Part shown: positions 37,530-50,323 of the stretch, piece after piece
Layout: every line of letters starts with the position of its first letter
Numbering within the stretch: position 1 is the first letter of the stretch
Assembly (NCBI GenBank): GCA_016186765.1
Contig: JACPLD010000003.1
Location: 6,121-70,120, forward strand
Reading direction: 5' to 3'
Length of the DNA stretch: 64,000 bases
From: Candidatus Kaiserbacteria bacterium
GTDB taxonomy: Bacteria > Patescibacteriota > Minisyncoccia > Phycocordibacterales > UBA2100
Position numbers and translations under genes: made by a program
The notes under the pieces: model-generated
The model's input: only the letters and a program-made list of their open reading frames with translations
The model's database searches: none
Told to the model about the DNA's origin: nothing

Positions 37530-38280
37530 TTTACTCCTACATATTAGTGGTTTCGTAAACCACTAATATATACTGGCGATATGGAACTCTACCACGTCCT
37601 AAATAGAGGTGTAGAAAAAAGACTAATTTTTCTAGACGAAGCAGATCGGGCTCGCTTTGTCCACGACCTTTGGGAATTCAACGATACAGAAGATGCGAAA
37701 AATGTATGGTACCGAGTCTCCCAAAATAAGGGTTTACGAAACCACTATATTGAAAAGGAAAGGATTGTAGATCTTCATGGGTGGTGTCTGATGGGGAATC
37801 ACTATCACTTGCTTATATCAGAAAAGCATGACGGAGGGCTTACGAAATTCATTCGTCGGCTCAACGTCGGATACGCCAACTACTTTAACGAACGCTATAG
37901 GCGCCAGGGTACTCTTTTCCAGGGTCGCACGAGGAAAGTTCTAATCAGCACCGACGCGCACTTCTTGCACATACTGAACTACATCCATTGCAACCCGCTC
38001 GATTTCTTAAAAAACGCAGCAGATTGGAGAGAGCACAAGATTGGTAGCGCGGCTTATGCGCTGCGCTATCTCTCTAACTATAGATGGAGCAGCTACCTCG
38101 ATTACTCGGGAGTCCGGAATTTCCCTTCGGTATTGACTACAGAGCTGTTTTCCGATGTTTTCAAGGACTACAAAAAGGAAATTTCTTCTTTTCTGCTTAC
38201 AAACGAAACAAAAAGGCTGAACGGTTATCAACTCGAATATTAGTGGTTTACGAAACCATTAATATCTGTCGGAAAAAGAG
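37530..38280 (+). mobile_element. second IS200/IS605-family-like minimal element (tnpA flanked by palindromic hairpins ATATTAGTGGTTT-NNN-AAACCACTAATAT)
   Basis: Perfect 13-bp-stem palindrome at 37541-37569 and a 1-mismatch copy at 38237-38265 (contains the tnpA stop codon). A partial third copy (GGTTTACGAAACCACTATAT) lies inside the ORF at 37731-37750. Confidence 0.6.
37581..38243 (+). CDS. tnpA: HUH Y1 transposase, IS200-like / RAYT-like (TnpA), divergent paralog of the ORF at 9003-9671
   Basis: HuH motif NHYHLLI and YIHCNP; shares LNRG...R.iF.D..DR..F with the first copy. Confidence 0.65.
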   Translation: MELYHVLNRGVEKRLIFLDEADRARFVHDLWEFNDTEDAKNVWYRVSQNKGLRNHYIEKERIVDLHGWCLMGNHYHLLISEKHDGGLTKFIRRLNVGYANYFNERYRRQGTLFQGRTRKVLISTDAHFLHILNYIHCNPLDFLKNAADWREHKIGSAAYALRYLSNYRWSSYLDYSGVRNFPSVLTTELFSDVFKDYKKEISSFLLTNETKRLNGYQLEY

Positions 38281-38297
38281 AAGGGTAGGTTGCACGC

Positions 38298-38963
38298 CTA
38301 CCCTTCTTCGAGAACGATGTGACCATCGAGGCCGACGAAGCGAAGTTCAATGCCCTCGTGACTAAACGGAACATCCTCATAAGGCTCATCCCACCAGGAC
38401 TTTGGCCGCGCCGTATCGTCATGCTTAGGTTGCTTGCGATTAACTCCTTCCTGTTTGCGACGATATGCGCGCGCTTCGTACTCGAAGAGCGCCTTGCGTA
38501 ATAACTCGGCTTTGTCGAATTCGAATGATAGGGAACGCTCATGGCCGAGATACTCCGCATGCTCGATGAGTGCCCGTAAAACTTCCTGCGTTTGTAGGCC
38601 GGCCCATTCTTTTTCGTAGCGGATTGCACCGCCTGATCGCTTCACGAATATAAGGCGTTGTTTCCACAGCCAAGGCCCCTCGACATCGAACTGATAGATA
38701 TGCCCCGGATCGAGAACTTGAAATGCAGACGGGGCGGACTCTCCAAGCGCCATGCGCAACCACTCTTCGGCGTTCGCTGTCTCTCTACAGGGCAAGATGT
38801 CGTAGAGATATCGTGTCCTGTCGACAAGCGCGCCTATCAAATCGACGTTTCTGAGACCGGGATGGACATTTTCGCTGTACGGATCAGCAAGAAGAAGCGT
38901 CTGTACGCCGCCACCGAGCTGATCGAGCTCATAGACATGTCCGGGATCAATGATTCGCATCAC
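38298..38963 (-). CDS. hypothetical protein with an internal duplicated DPGH(V/I)Y(E/Q)(L/F)D motif
   Basis: IIDPGHVYELDQLGGG near the N-terminus and QVLDPGHIYQFDVEGP mid-protein; no other recognisable motif. Confidence 0.3.
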   Translation of the reverse strand: MMRIIDPGHVYELDQLGGGVQTLLLADPYSENVHPGLRNVDLIGALVDRTRYLYDILPCRETANAEEWLRMALGESAPSAFQVLDPGHIYQFDVEGPWLWKQRLIFVKRSGGAIRYEKEWAGLQTQEVLRALIEHAEYLGHERSLSFEFDKAELLRKALFEYEARAYRRKQEGVNRKQPKHDDTARPKSWWDEPYEDVPFSHEGIELRFVGLDGHIVLEEG

Positions 38964-39152
38964 TCACCTCCTCCGAGCCAACGCTCGGGTTGTGTGCTTC
39001 TCCAAGAGATTTCTAGCACGGCTCCACTTACTGCTCAACTCTCTCGCGCTCTCCTCCAGGTAGCTCAAGCAGCTCTTGCGAGGCGAGCTCGGCTTCCTTG
39101 TGCTCTACCGTCTACCGAAATCAATTGACTTTTGAAGCACATGCCGTAGCGT

Positions 39153-39845
39153 TTGCGGATGGAACAACAGATGCCCGCATGCATTGGCATAATGCTCGAT
39201 GGAAATAGACGGTGGGCAAAAAAGAATGGCCTGCCGAAACTCGAAGGACACCGACGGGGTTATGAACGAGCCCTCGAATGTGCACGCTGGGTGCGCGACC
39301 GAGGCATCAAACACCTTGCGTACTTTGTCTTCTCAACGGAGAACTGGAACCGCGAGGCTGACGAGGTTGCGTATCTCATGAAGCTTGTAGAGCACATGGT
39401 CAGTAAGAATGGTGCGCTTCCGCGTCTTTCAGAAGAAGGTATCCGTCTCCGCTTTATCGGGAAGCGTGAGATGCTTGCCGAATCCACGCAAGATGCGATG
39501 CTCACGGCAGAGAAGCAAAGTGCCCAAAATACACAGATGACGCTGTGGGTGGGTATCTCCTATGGCGGTCGAGCGGAGATACTTGAAGCGGCAAAACGTA
39601 TCGCGAAAACGGGCGAAGAGGTAACCGAAGAGTCTTTCCGAAAACATTTCTGGAGTGCGGAGATGCCGGATCCGGATATCATCATACGGACAGGAAACGT
39701 ACAGCGGCTGTCGAACTTCCTGCTCTGGCAAGCGGCGTACAGCGAACTTTTTTTCATCGATACGCTCTGGCCGGATTTCTCTGAAGAAATGCTGGACCGG
39801 ATACTTGCTGAATACAACAAGCGCGAGCGGCGCATGGGCAGGTGA
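39153..39845 (+). CDS. uppS: undecaprenyl diphosphate synthase (isoprenyl transferase)
   Basis: IMLDGNRRWA, FSTENWNR and IIRTGNVQRLSNFLLWQ. Confidence 0.9.
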   Translation: MRMEQQMPACIGIMLDGNRRWAKKNGLPKLEGHRRGYERALECARWVRDRGIKHLAYFVFSTENWNREADEVAYLMKLVEHMVSKNGALPRLSEEGIRLRFIGKREMLAESTQDAMLTAEKQSAQNTQMTLWVGISYGGRAEILEAAKRIAKTGEEVTEESFRKHFWSAEMPDPDIIIRTGNVQRLSNFLLWQAAYSELFFIDTLWPDFSEEMLDRILAEYNKRERRMGR

Positions 39846-39923
39846 AAAGAGGAGGGGCGGCACGGAGGAAAGAAAGATGATACAATCGCGGTTCGTTCTT
39901 TCGTTTTTTGAGGAGGGTCGCAC

Positions 39924-40397
39924 ATGAAGCGAAACCGTCGCGCCCTCCGCAGAGGAGTGGCGCTAATCGTCGTCAATCCTAACGGTGAGGTTTTGGTTCT
40001 GAAGGAACTTGAAGCAAAGCCTGACCTTGAAAAATACGTGGGGATTTACTCGATTCCCATGGAGACCGTTGAGAAAGGTGAGAGCGAGCAGGAAGCGCTC
40101 GCCCGTCTCATCACCGAAGAGCTGGGCGGTCTGTCGGTGGAAATCGAGTCTAAGAAGCGCGGCTTTTACTGGATCGCGCAAGACGCCCGAGCTTCACTCT
40201 ACGTTGGGCAGACTGATACAAGAGATCTACGCTGCCCCAGCAAGTCGGGCGAGGTCGACGGACAGCGGTGGGAATCCCCGCGAGAGGCTCTCAAGCTCTG
40301 GATCCGGCGGGGAGTGCGAGAAATGCTCCACGATTACCTCGCCGGGCGGCGAGGAGTGACATGCAGTCACTGCCGTTCCGTGGCTCCCAAGAGTTAG
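39924..40397 (+). CDS. NUDIX hydrolase
   Basis: Nudix box GESEQEALARLITEELG. Confidence 0.7.
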   Translation: MKRNRRALRRGVALIVVNPNGEVLVLKELEAKPDLEKYVGIYSIPMETVEKGESEQEALARLITEELGGLSVEIESKKRGFYWIAQDARASLYVGQTDTRDLRCPSKSGEVDGQRWESPREALKLWIRRGVREMLHDYLAGRRGVTCSHCRSVAPKS

Positions 40398-40433
40398 CGC
40401 GCGTGTCGGACAATCGGCTCGCGCGCGCTTTTT
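40396..40433 (+). terminator. Rho-independent terminator after the Nudix gene (stem AGCGCGCG/CGCGCGCT followed by a T7 run)
   Basis: GC stem followed directly by TTTTTTT. Confidence 0.6.
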
Positions 40434-41231
40434 TTAAAGCACGACTGTCGAACCGGGAGATTTGCCTTGCAAGGCATCCGCGAGCAAACCCGGTTTCTTC
40501 GCGTTAAAAATCACTACTTCACAACCTCGGAGCGGGAGGAGCGCGCGAAGTTTACCTCTCATTGCGCCGGTAACGTCACGGGTATGACTCGCGGCACGCA
40601 ATGTCATGCCACGCAGTGCGCTGCGGCGTATCCGCGGAAGCGGACGCTCGCCGCGGCGCGGAGGAAAATGCTCGTACACGCCGTCAACATCCGTGGCAAA
40701 GAGAATTCTCTTCGCCCGAAAATGCGCCGCGAGCGCCGCGGCGAGCGCATCGGCCGAAGCGATCGCGCTCCGGCGACCACCCAAAACGACGTCTCCACCA
40801 AGAAGCGGCACACCGCCGTGCGCAAGAATGGTTTCAACAAGGGCGTGGCCCCCAAAAACCACCTTTCCTTTTACTTGCCGCACAAGCGAACTTGTTTGCA
40901 GAGGGACGACGGGGATTCCTGCAGTGAGAAGAATATCACTTAGGCGGTTCCCAAGCTCGCGCATGGAAAGAGCGGCATGTCCCACACCGATCAGGATATC
41001 TGGCTCGAGTACTGAATTCCAAAGGCGATACCGATGCGCAAGCGGATGCCCGAAAGAGCCAGCACCATGCAGAAGAATCAGTCGCGCGTGTTTCCGCGTG
41101 GAAGCGGATGCGTGCCAGTGAGAGAGTTCTTCGACCAAACGCGTCACGAGGCGGGTTCGCAGCATTGGCTTGCCGCTCTTCTTCGCGGTAATCACGCTTC
41201 CGCCAAGCTTCACGATGATAAGCTCCGACAT
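40434..41231 (-). CDS. isopentenyl phosphate kinase (amino-acid kinase family)
   Basis: IVKLGGSVIT and LHGAGSFGH (cf. the IPK signature GGGSFGH). Start MSELIIVKLGG at 41231 sits 5 nt after the rpoC stop. Confidence 0.6.
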   Translation of the reverse strand: MSELIIVKLGGSVITAKKSGKPMLRTRLVTRLVEELSHWHASASTRKHARLILLHGAGSFGHPLAHRYRLWNSVLEPDILIGVGHAALSMRELGNRLSDILLTAGIPVVPLQTSSLVRQVKGKVVFGGHALVETILAHGGVPLLGGDVVLGGRRSAIASADALAAALAAHFRAKRILFATDVDGVYEHFPPRRGERPLPRIRRSALRGMTLRAASHTRDVTGAMRGKLRALLPLRGCEVVIFNAKKPGLLADALQGKSPGSTVVL

Positions 41232-41235
41232 TTCA

Positions 41236-44933
<3,698 letters not shown>

Positions 44934-44937
<4 letters not shown>

Positions 44938-47900
44938 ACTCGTCTTCCTTCAAATCGCTCCCCGCCGATAAATTCGACATCAATGCCAAGACCGCGAAGG
45001 TGCCGCACGAGCACGTTGAATGTCGCCGGCGTGTGCGTTTCAGTGATGCGTTTGCCCGAGACGATCGCATCGAACGCCGCCGAGCGGCCGAGAATGTCGT
45101 CGGATTTGTACGTGAGGATCTCACGAAGGGAATGCGCCGCGCCGTAGCCAAGAAACGCCCACACCTCCATTTCCCCGACGCGCTGACCACCGTTTTGCGC
45201 CTTGCCGCCCAAGGGTTGCTGCGTCGTAAGCGAGTAGGGACCGATCGAGCGCATGTGGATCTTGTCCTCGACCATGTGGTGCAGCTTCAGCATGTACATG
45301 GTGCCGACCGCAACCGGCTGGGCGAAGGGCTCGCCGGTGCGACCATCGAAGAGAACTCGCTTGCCGCTTTCGTGAAATCCTGCCTGCTTCAATTCTGCCC
45401 TGATCTCCGCTTCGGTAGCCCCGGCAAATGAAGGTACGACTGCCTGGTAGCCCAAGGTTTCGGCCGCAAGCCCGAGGTGGAGCTCGAGGATCTGCCCGAG
45501 ATTCATACGGGATGGCACGCCTAGCGGGGTGAGGATAATGTCCACGGGATTTCCCTCCTCGTCGAAGGGCATGTCCTCCTCGGGCAGCACGCGCGAAATC
45601 ACGCCTTTGTTGCCGTGGCGTCCGGCGAGTTTGTCGCCGACCGCGATCGTTCGAAGCTGCGCGACTTCAACATGCACGCGCTTAATGACACCGCTTTCGA
45701 GTTGGTCGCCGCTTTCGCGCGAGAATATTTTGATGCCCACCACGCGACCGCGCTTCCCGCCTTCCATGCGCAGAGAAGTGTCCTTCACGTCTTTGGCTTT
45801 CTCCCCGAAGATCGCGTGCAAGAGCCGCTCCTCGGGCGTGAGCTGCGTTTCTCCCTTCGGCGTCACCTTTCCCACCAAAATATCGCCCGGGCGCACCTCG
45901 GCGCCGATGCGGATGATACCGTCCTCGTCAAGGTTGCGTAGCTTGAATTCCGAGACGTTCGGGATGTCATGCGTCGTCACCTCAGGCCCGAGCTTGGTGT
46001 CTCGGACGATGCAGACGAACTCCTCCATGTGGATGGAGGAGAAGCGCGCCTCCTTCGCGAGACGCTCGGAAATAACGATTGCATCCTCGAAATTTGCACC
46101 GAACCACGGTAAAAAGGCGACGCGAACGTTCTGCCCTATCGCAAGCTGACCCCCGACAGAAGTAGAGGTGTCGGCAAGAACAGTTCCCTTCTTCACATTG
46201 TCTTCGACGGAAACGAGTGGCCGCTGATGGAACGTCGTGAAGCCATTCGTACGCTGGAAATTGACGAGCGGGTATTCCTTCGTCTTCCCCTCCGCGTTCT
46301 TCACCTTGATGAGCGACGCATCCACGTAGGTCACTTCGCCCGCCTCTTCCACGATCACAAGACGCCCCGAGTCCCGCGCAGCGGAGGCCTCGACGCCGGT
46401 TGTGACCAAAGGAGCTTCCGGCACGACAAGCGGCACTGCCTGCTTCTGCATGTTGGAACCCATCAGAGCGCGGTTTGCGTCATCGTTCTCGACGAACGGG
46501 ATCAAGGACGTAGCGACCGAGAAGAGCTGGTTCGTCGCGACCTCGATCAGATCGACTTCCTCACGCTTGACGATCATCGGTACGCCACCTTTGCGCACAT
46601 CGACGAGCTTCTCCTTGATGTGGCCCTCATCATCACGCGGCGTTGCAGCGTGTGCGATCGCATGACTTTCCTCCTCAAGGGCGTTTATGTAGACGACCTC
46701 CTTCGTCACGCGGCCCTTCTCAACCTTCGCGTAGGGTGTCTCGATAATGCCGAATTGGTTCGGGCGCGCATAGAGCGACATGTGCAACACAAGGCCGATG
46801 TTCTTGCCTTCGGGCGTGTGAATGGGACACACGCGGCCGTAGTGCGAGGAATGCACGTCGCGCACCTCTAAGCCTGCTCGCTCGCTCGTCAAGCCACCGC
46901 GACCGAGCGTCGAGAGCGTTCGCAGGTGCTCGATCTCGTCGAGCGTGTTGTACTGCTGCATAAGCTGCGAGAGCTGATCGGTCGTGAAAAATTCGCGGAC
47001 CGCCGCCTGGAAGGGCCGAGGATTGATGAAGTGCACCGGGAGCGTGGTCGTGGGATCTACCATCGCCATCCGATCTTGAATGTTGCGCTTCATGCGTGAG
47101 AGCCCGACGCGCATACGCTGCTCCAAAAGCTCGCCAACGAAACGAACGCGGCGGAAGCCGAGGTGATCGATGTCGTCCGGCAGCGCTGCAGGATTGTCGT
47201 TGCTCTCGGCAATGTGCGTCACGATGCGTGCGATGTCCTCGGAGTTGAGGGTCGCGCGCTCCAAATCTTTGTGCGAGGTCGGGAGACCAAAGCGACGGTT
47301 GAAGTGGAAGCGGCCGACTTTGGAGAGATCGTAGCGTTCGGCGGAGAGGATCGCCTGCACGTGCTCCCGAGCGCTCTCAGGAGTCGCGATATCGCCGTCT
47401 CGCAGACGCCGGTAGATCTCGACGTATGCCTCCTCGGGCGTGTGCGCCTGGTCGTGCCCAAGTGTCGCTGCAATAGCCTCAGAGGCTGCGCGAGACTTTT
47501 CGAACCTCGCGCGCATCTCTTTTTCGGTCGCAAGTCCGAGCACCCGCAAGAGCGCGGTAACGGGAAAACGCCGCTTGCGATCGATCTTCACATAGATCCC
47601 GCCATCGGGATCCGACTCGAGTTCGATCCACACGCCGCGCGAGGGAATTATTTTTGCCGCAAAGTAGTTCTTCCCTTTGTACGGGACGGTTTCAAAAAAC
47701 ACACCGTAGCTTCGCGCGAGCTGCGGCACGACGATACGCTCAACACCGTTGATAACGAATGAGCCATGAGCCGTCATCCATGGAAAGTCTGCGAGGAAGA
47801 TTTCCTGCTCCTTCTCGGTGCCCGTCGTCTTGTTTTTGAGTCGCACCACGATCGAAAGCGGCGCCTCGTACGTGCGCATCGTTTTCTTCGCGTGATGTTC

Positions 47901-48122
47901 GTTCCAGCGCAGCTCGCCAAAAGCAAATTCCACAAGCTTAAGCTCGAATTTCTTGCCCGAGTGGTCACCGATCGGGAAAAACTCACCGAAGACGCGCTCC
48001 GCACCCCCCTCGATGAACTCGCGGAAGGAGGCGAGCTGTGAATCGACGAGCGACGGCAGCTTCACGAGAGGCTCCCGGAACGCGGAGAAGTATTTCTGCG
48101 GCCGCTGCTTGGTTTTTCTCAT
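44934..48122 (-). CDS. rpoB: DNA-directed RNA polymerase subunit beta
   Basis: Conserved rpoB blocks (GEMEVWAFLGYGAAHSLREILTYKSDD etc.). Probable start MRKTKQRPQKYF at 48122, so the ORF-track start at 48221 is an over-extension. Confidence 0.95.
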
Positions 48123-48276
48123 TGTGCAACAAGCTACCCGTACAGCGCGCTTTCGCGCTGCAGGTATGAACGATATTAAATTTTTATGAAAAACGTTTGC
48201 CGAAGCGCGCCCGCAACTCACTCGAAGCTAACGTGCAAATGTCCGAGGAGTATAAACAAAGGCACCTTTTCCGTCA

Positions 48277-48314
48277 ACCCCATTGAGATGGCGGCTCACG
48301 CCTATCTCACGGGG
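48277..48314. repeat. copy 2 of the 37-nt palindromic intergenic element (CCCCATTGAGATGGCGGCTCACGCCTATCTCACGGGG)
   Basis: Matches 18899-18935 apart from 2-3 substitutions/indels; it abuts the trmD stop codon. Confidence 0.6.
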
Positions 48315-49052
48315 TCAAGAGTCCCGGCGCCTCTTCCACTCGTCGATCTTTGCATGGTGGCCCGAGCGCAAAACCGCCGGAACTTTATATTTCTTGCCCT
48401 TCCAGACAAGCATTTCCGGCCTCGTATAGACCTCGGGGCTCGAAACACGGCTTGCCTCGAGAGATTCGGCTTTTCCCAAGACACCTGGTACAAATCGAGC
48501 AACAGCGTCGATCAGGGTCGCTGCGGGAAGCTCGCCACCGGTGAGTACATAGGGACCCATGGAGACTTTTTTGGCTTTCAGTATTTTCTGCACGCGCGCG
48601 TCTACTCCTTCGTAGTGCCCTGCGATAAGCACAATGTTCCTTTCTCGTGATAATTTCTTTGCGAGTGCCTCGCTAAACTGTTCACCGTCGGTTGAGAAAA
48701 AAATGAATTTTGCCTTTTGCCTTTTGCCTTTTGCCTTCTTGAGAGCGGCTTCCGCCGCTCTCAAGATAGCATCCGGCTCCAAGACCATCCCGGGCCCGCC
48801 GCCGTACGGCCGTCTGTCCACGCGGCCATATGTATCTCGCGTGAAATCTTTTGGATCGTAGAAAGAAATTTTTATCTTTCTCGCATCTCTAGCGCGGCCG
48901 ATGATCGAGCTTTTGAGATATGGCTCGATAGATCCGGGAAAGAGCGTAACAATGTGAAAACGAAGCGGAGCGGAGCCCCTTACCAAGCGGCCCTTTGCCC
49001 GTGACTTGCCACGACCAGATAAGTTCGAACGCTTGGTGCGGGGGTGGAGCAT
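48315..49052 (-). CDS. trmD: tRNA (guanine37-N1)-methyltransferase
   Basis: FHIVTLFPG, DRRPYGGGPGMV and GHYEGVDARV. Confidence 0.9.
   Translation of the reverse strand: MLHPRTKRSNLSGRGKSRAKGRLVRGSAPLRFHIVTLFPGSIEPYLKSSIIGRARDARKIKISFYDPKDFTRDTYGRVDRRPYGGGPGMVLEPDAILRAAEAALKKAKGKRQKAKFIFFSTDGEQFSEALAKKLSRERNIVLIAGHYEGVDARVQKILKAKKVSMGPYVLTGGELPAATLIDAVARFVPGVLGKAESLEASRVSSPEVYTRPEMLVWKGKKYKVPAVLRSGHHAKIDEWKRRRDS
48706..48733. repeat. perfect (TTTTGCC)x4 heptanucleotide tandem repeat inside the trmD coding sequence
   Basis: Visible directly in the sequence; it encodes KAKGKRQKAKF on the minus strand. Confidence 0.9.
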
Positions 49053-49363
49053 TACTCGCTCTTGAGAGAATCAATGACGTCATCCACTGATCGATCTGGC
49101 GCAAACATGCGTTCACTGCCCTCAGGCTCTTCGATCTTGAGGTTTACGCGCGCATCGTTTTTCATGCCGACGACCCGGAGGATCGTACGAATCGCCTTCG
49201 CGGTCTGCCCCGAGCGGCCGATGACCTTGCCCATGTCGTCCTTGTGCACGCTAAGCGTGAGCAAGACGCCCATCTCATCCACAGTGCGGTTAATTTTCAC
49301 GTCGTCCGGATTGTCGACCAATGCCTTCACAACGTACTCCAGAAATTGCTGATCTCTTTCCAT
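49052..49363 (-). CDS. KH-domain RNA-binding protein (YlqC/UPF0109-like)
   Basis: LEYVVKALVDNPDDVKI...MGKVIGRSGQTAKAIRTIL (KH GxxG). Start MERDQQF at 49363. Confidence 0.7.
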   Translation of the reverse strand: MERDQQFLEYVVKALVDNPDDVKINRTVDEMGVLLTLSVHKDDMGKVIGRSGQTAKAIRTILRVVGMKNDARVNLKIEEPEGSERMFAPDRSVDDVIDSLKSE

Positions 49364-49421
49364 GCAACTAGTGCAGTTAGTGGTTAGTAGTCTGTAGTAA
49401 TATGACCGTCGGACAGTATAC

Positions 49422-49441
49422 CCTGCCTGGCGGCAGGCAGG
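49422..49441. repeat. GC-rich palindromic repeat (CCTGCCTGGCGGCAGGCAGG), REP-like family copy B
   Basis: An 8-bp stem CCTGCCTG/CAGGCAGG located between rpsP and the KH-protein gene. Confidence 0.55.
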
Positions 49442-49445
49442 CAAA

Positions 49446-49898
49446 TTACTCGTTTTTTGCCTCGCCAGAGCCTTGAGGGGGTTCTGCAGGTGCAGCTTCC
49501 TCTACGTTCGCTTCAGCCGCAGCTTTCACTTCTGCGTCGTGTGCAGCCTTCGTTTCTGCCTTCGCTTCCTGCTCAGCAGCCTTCTTTGCTTCTTCCGCCT
49601 TTGCCTCCGCCGCTGCCTCGGCGGGAGCTTTGTATGCCGGAAGAACGTTTATCTTTTTAGCATCCAAAATACCCAAGCTAACGAGAGCATTGTGAACGGT
49701 CGCAGAAGGCTTCGCGCCGACGGACATCCAATACTTGACTCGCTCAGCGTTCATAGTGCGCTCCTTGGTTTTCGGGTTGTAGGTGCCAAGCTTTTCGATG
49801 AAGTTACCGGTCTTTGGGCTTTCGGTGTGCTCCGTCACGATAATGCGAAACGTCGGCATGTTCGTTCTGCCGGTTCGCTGCATCCTGATTTTCAACAT
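49446..49898 (-). CDS. rpsP: 30S ribosomal protein S16 with a C-terminal Ala/Glu/Lys-rich extension
   Basis: MLKIRMQRTGRTNMPTFRIIV... matches the S16 N-terminus. Confidence 0.9.
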   Translation of the reverse strand: MLKIRMQRTGRTNMPTFRIIVTEHTESPKTGNFIEKLGTYNPKTKERTMNAERVKYWMSVGAKPSATVHNALVSLGILDAKKINVLPAYKAPAEAAAEAKAEEAKKAAEQEAKAETKAAHDAEVKAAAEANVEEAAPAEPPQGSGEAKNE

Positions 49899-49984
49899 AA
49901 CCGCGACACTGTACCAGCAAGCATCACTGCGGTCAATTGCGCTTTCAAACCTGTTTGATTGAATGGAAATAGGAAGGGAAGGAG

Positions 49985-50251
49985 GTGAGTAGAGTGAACC
50001 CGGTACCGAAGAATAAAGCGTACAAGGTGATAGTCACAGGCAGCTTCGACTACGAAACGTACCTGCGAATATCCGGATTGCTCAGGGAGTTTGGAAGTGT
50101 GCAAAGCGCATTTTTCGACGCCAAGAGCAAGAAGCTAGACGCTGCGGCAACATTCATGGTCTCGACCATGCATGACGCCGATGACATGCGGGTTCTGCTC
50201 GAGCAGAACCCAGGAGTCCACCGTGTCCTCGTGGAGGCAAACCATGCCTGA
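49985..50251 (+). CDS. hypothetical small protein
   Basis: 88-aa ORF in an otherwise gene-free gap; no motif. Confidence 0.25.
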   Translation: MSRVNPVPKNKAYKVIVTGSFDYETYLRISGLLREFGSVQSAFFDAKSKKLDAAATFMVSTMHDADDMRVLLEQNPGVHRVLVEANHA

Positions 50252-50323
50252 AATTTTGCCACAGAAGGCCAGTACCTCGTTTCTTCCCCAGAAACACCTG
50301 GCCTTCTTCACTACATACTCGAG

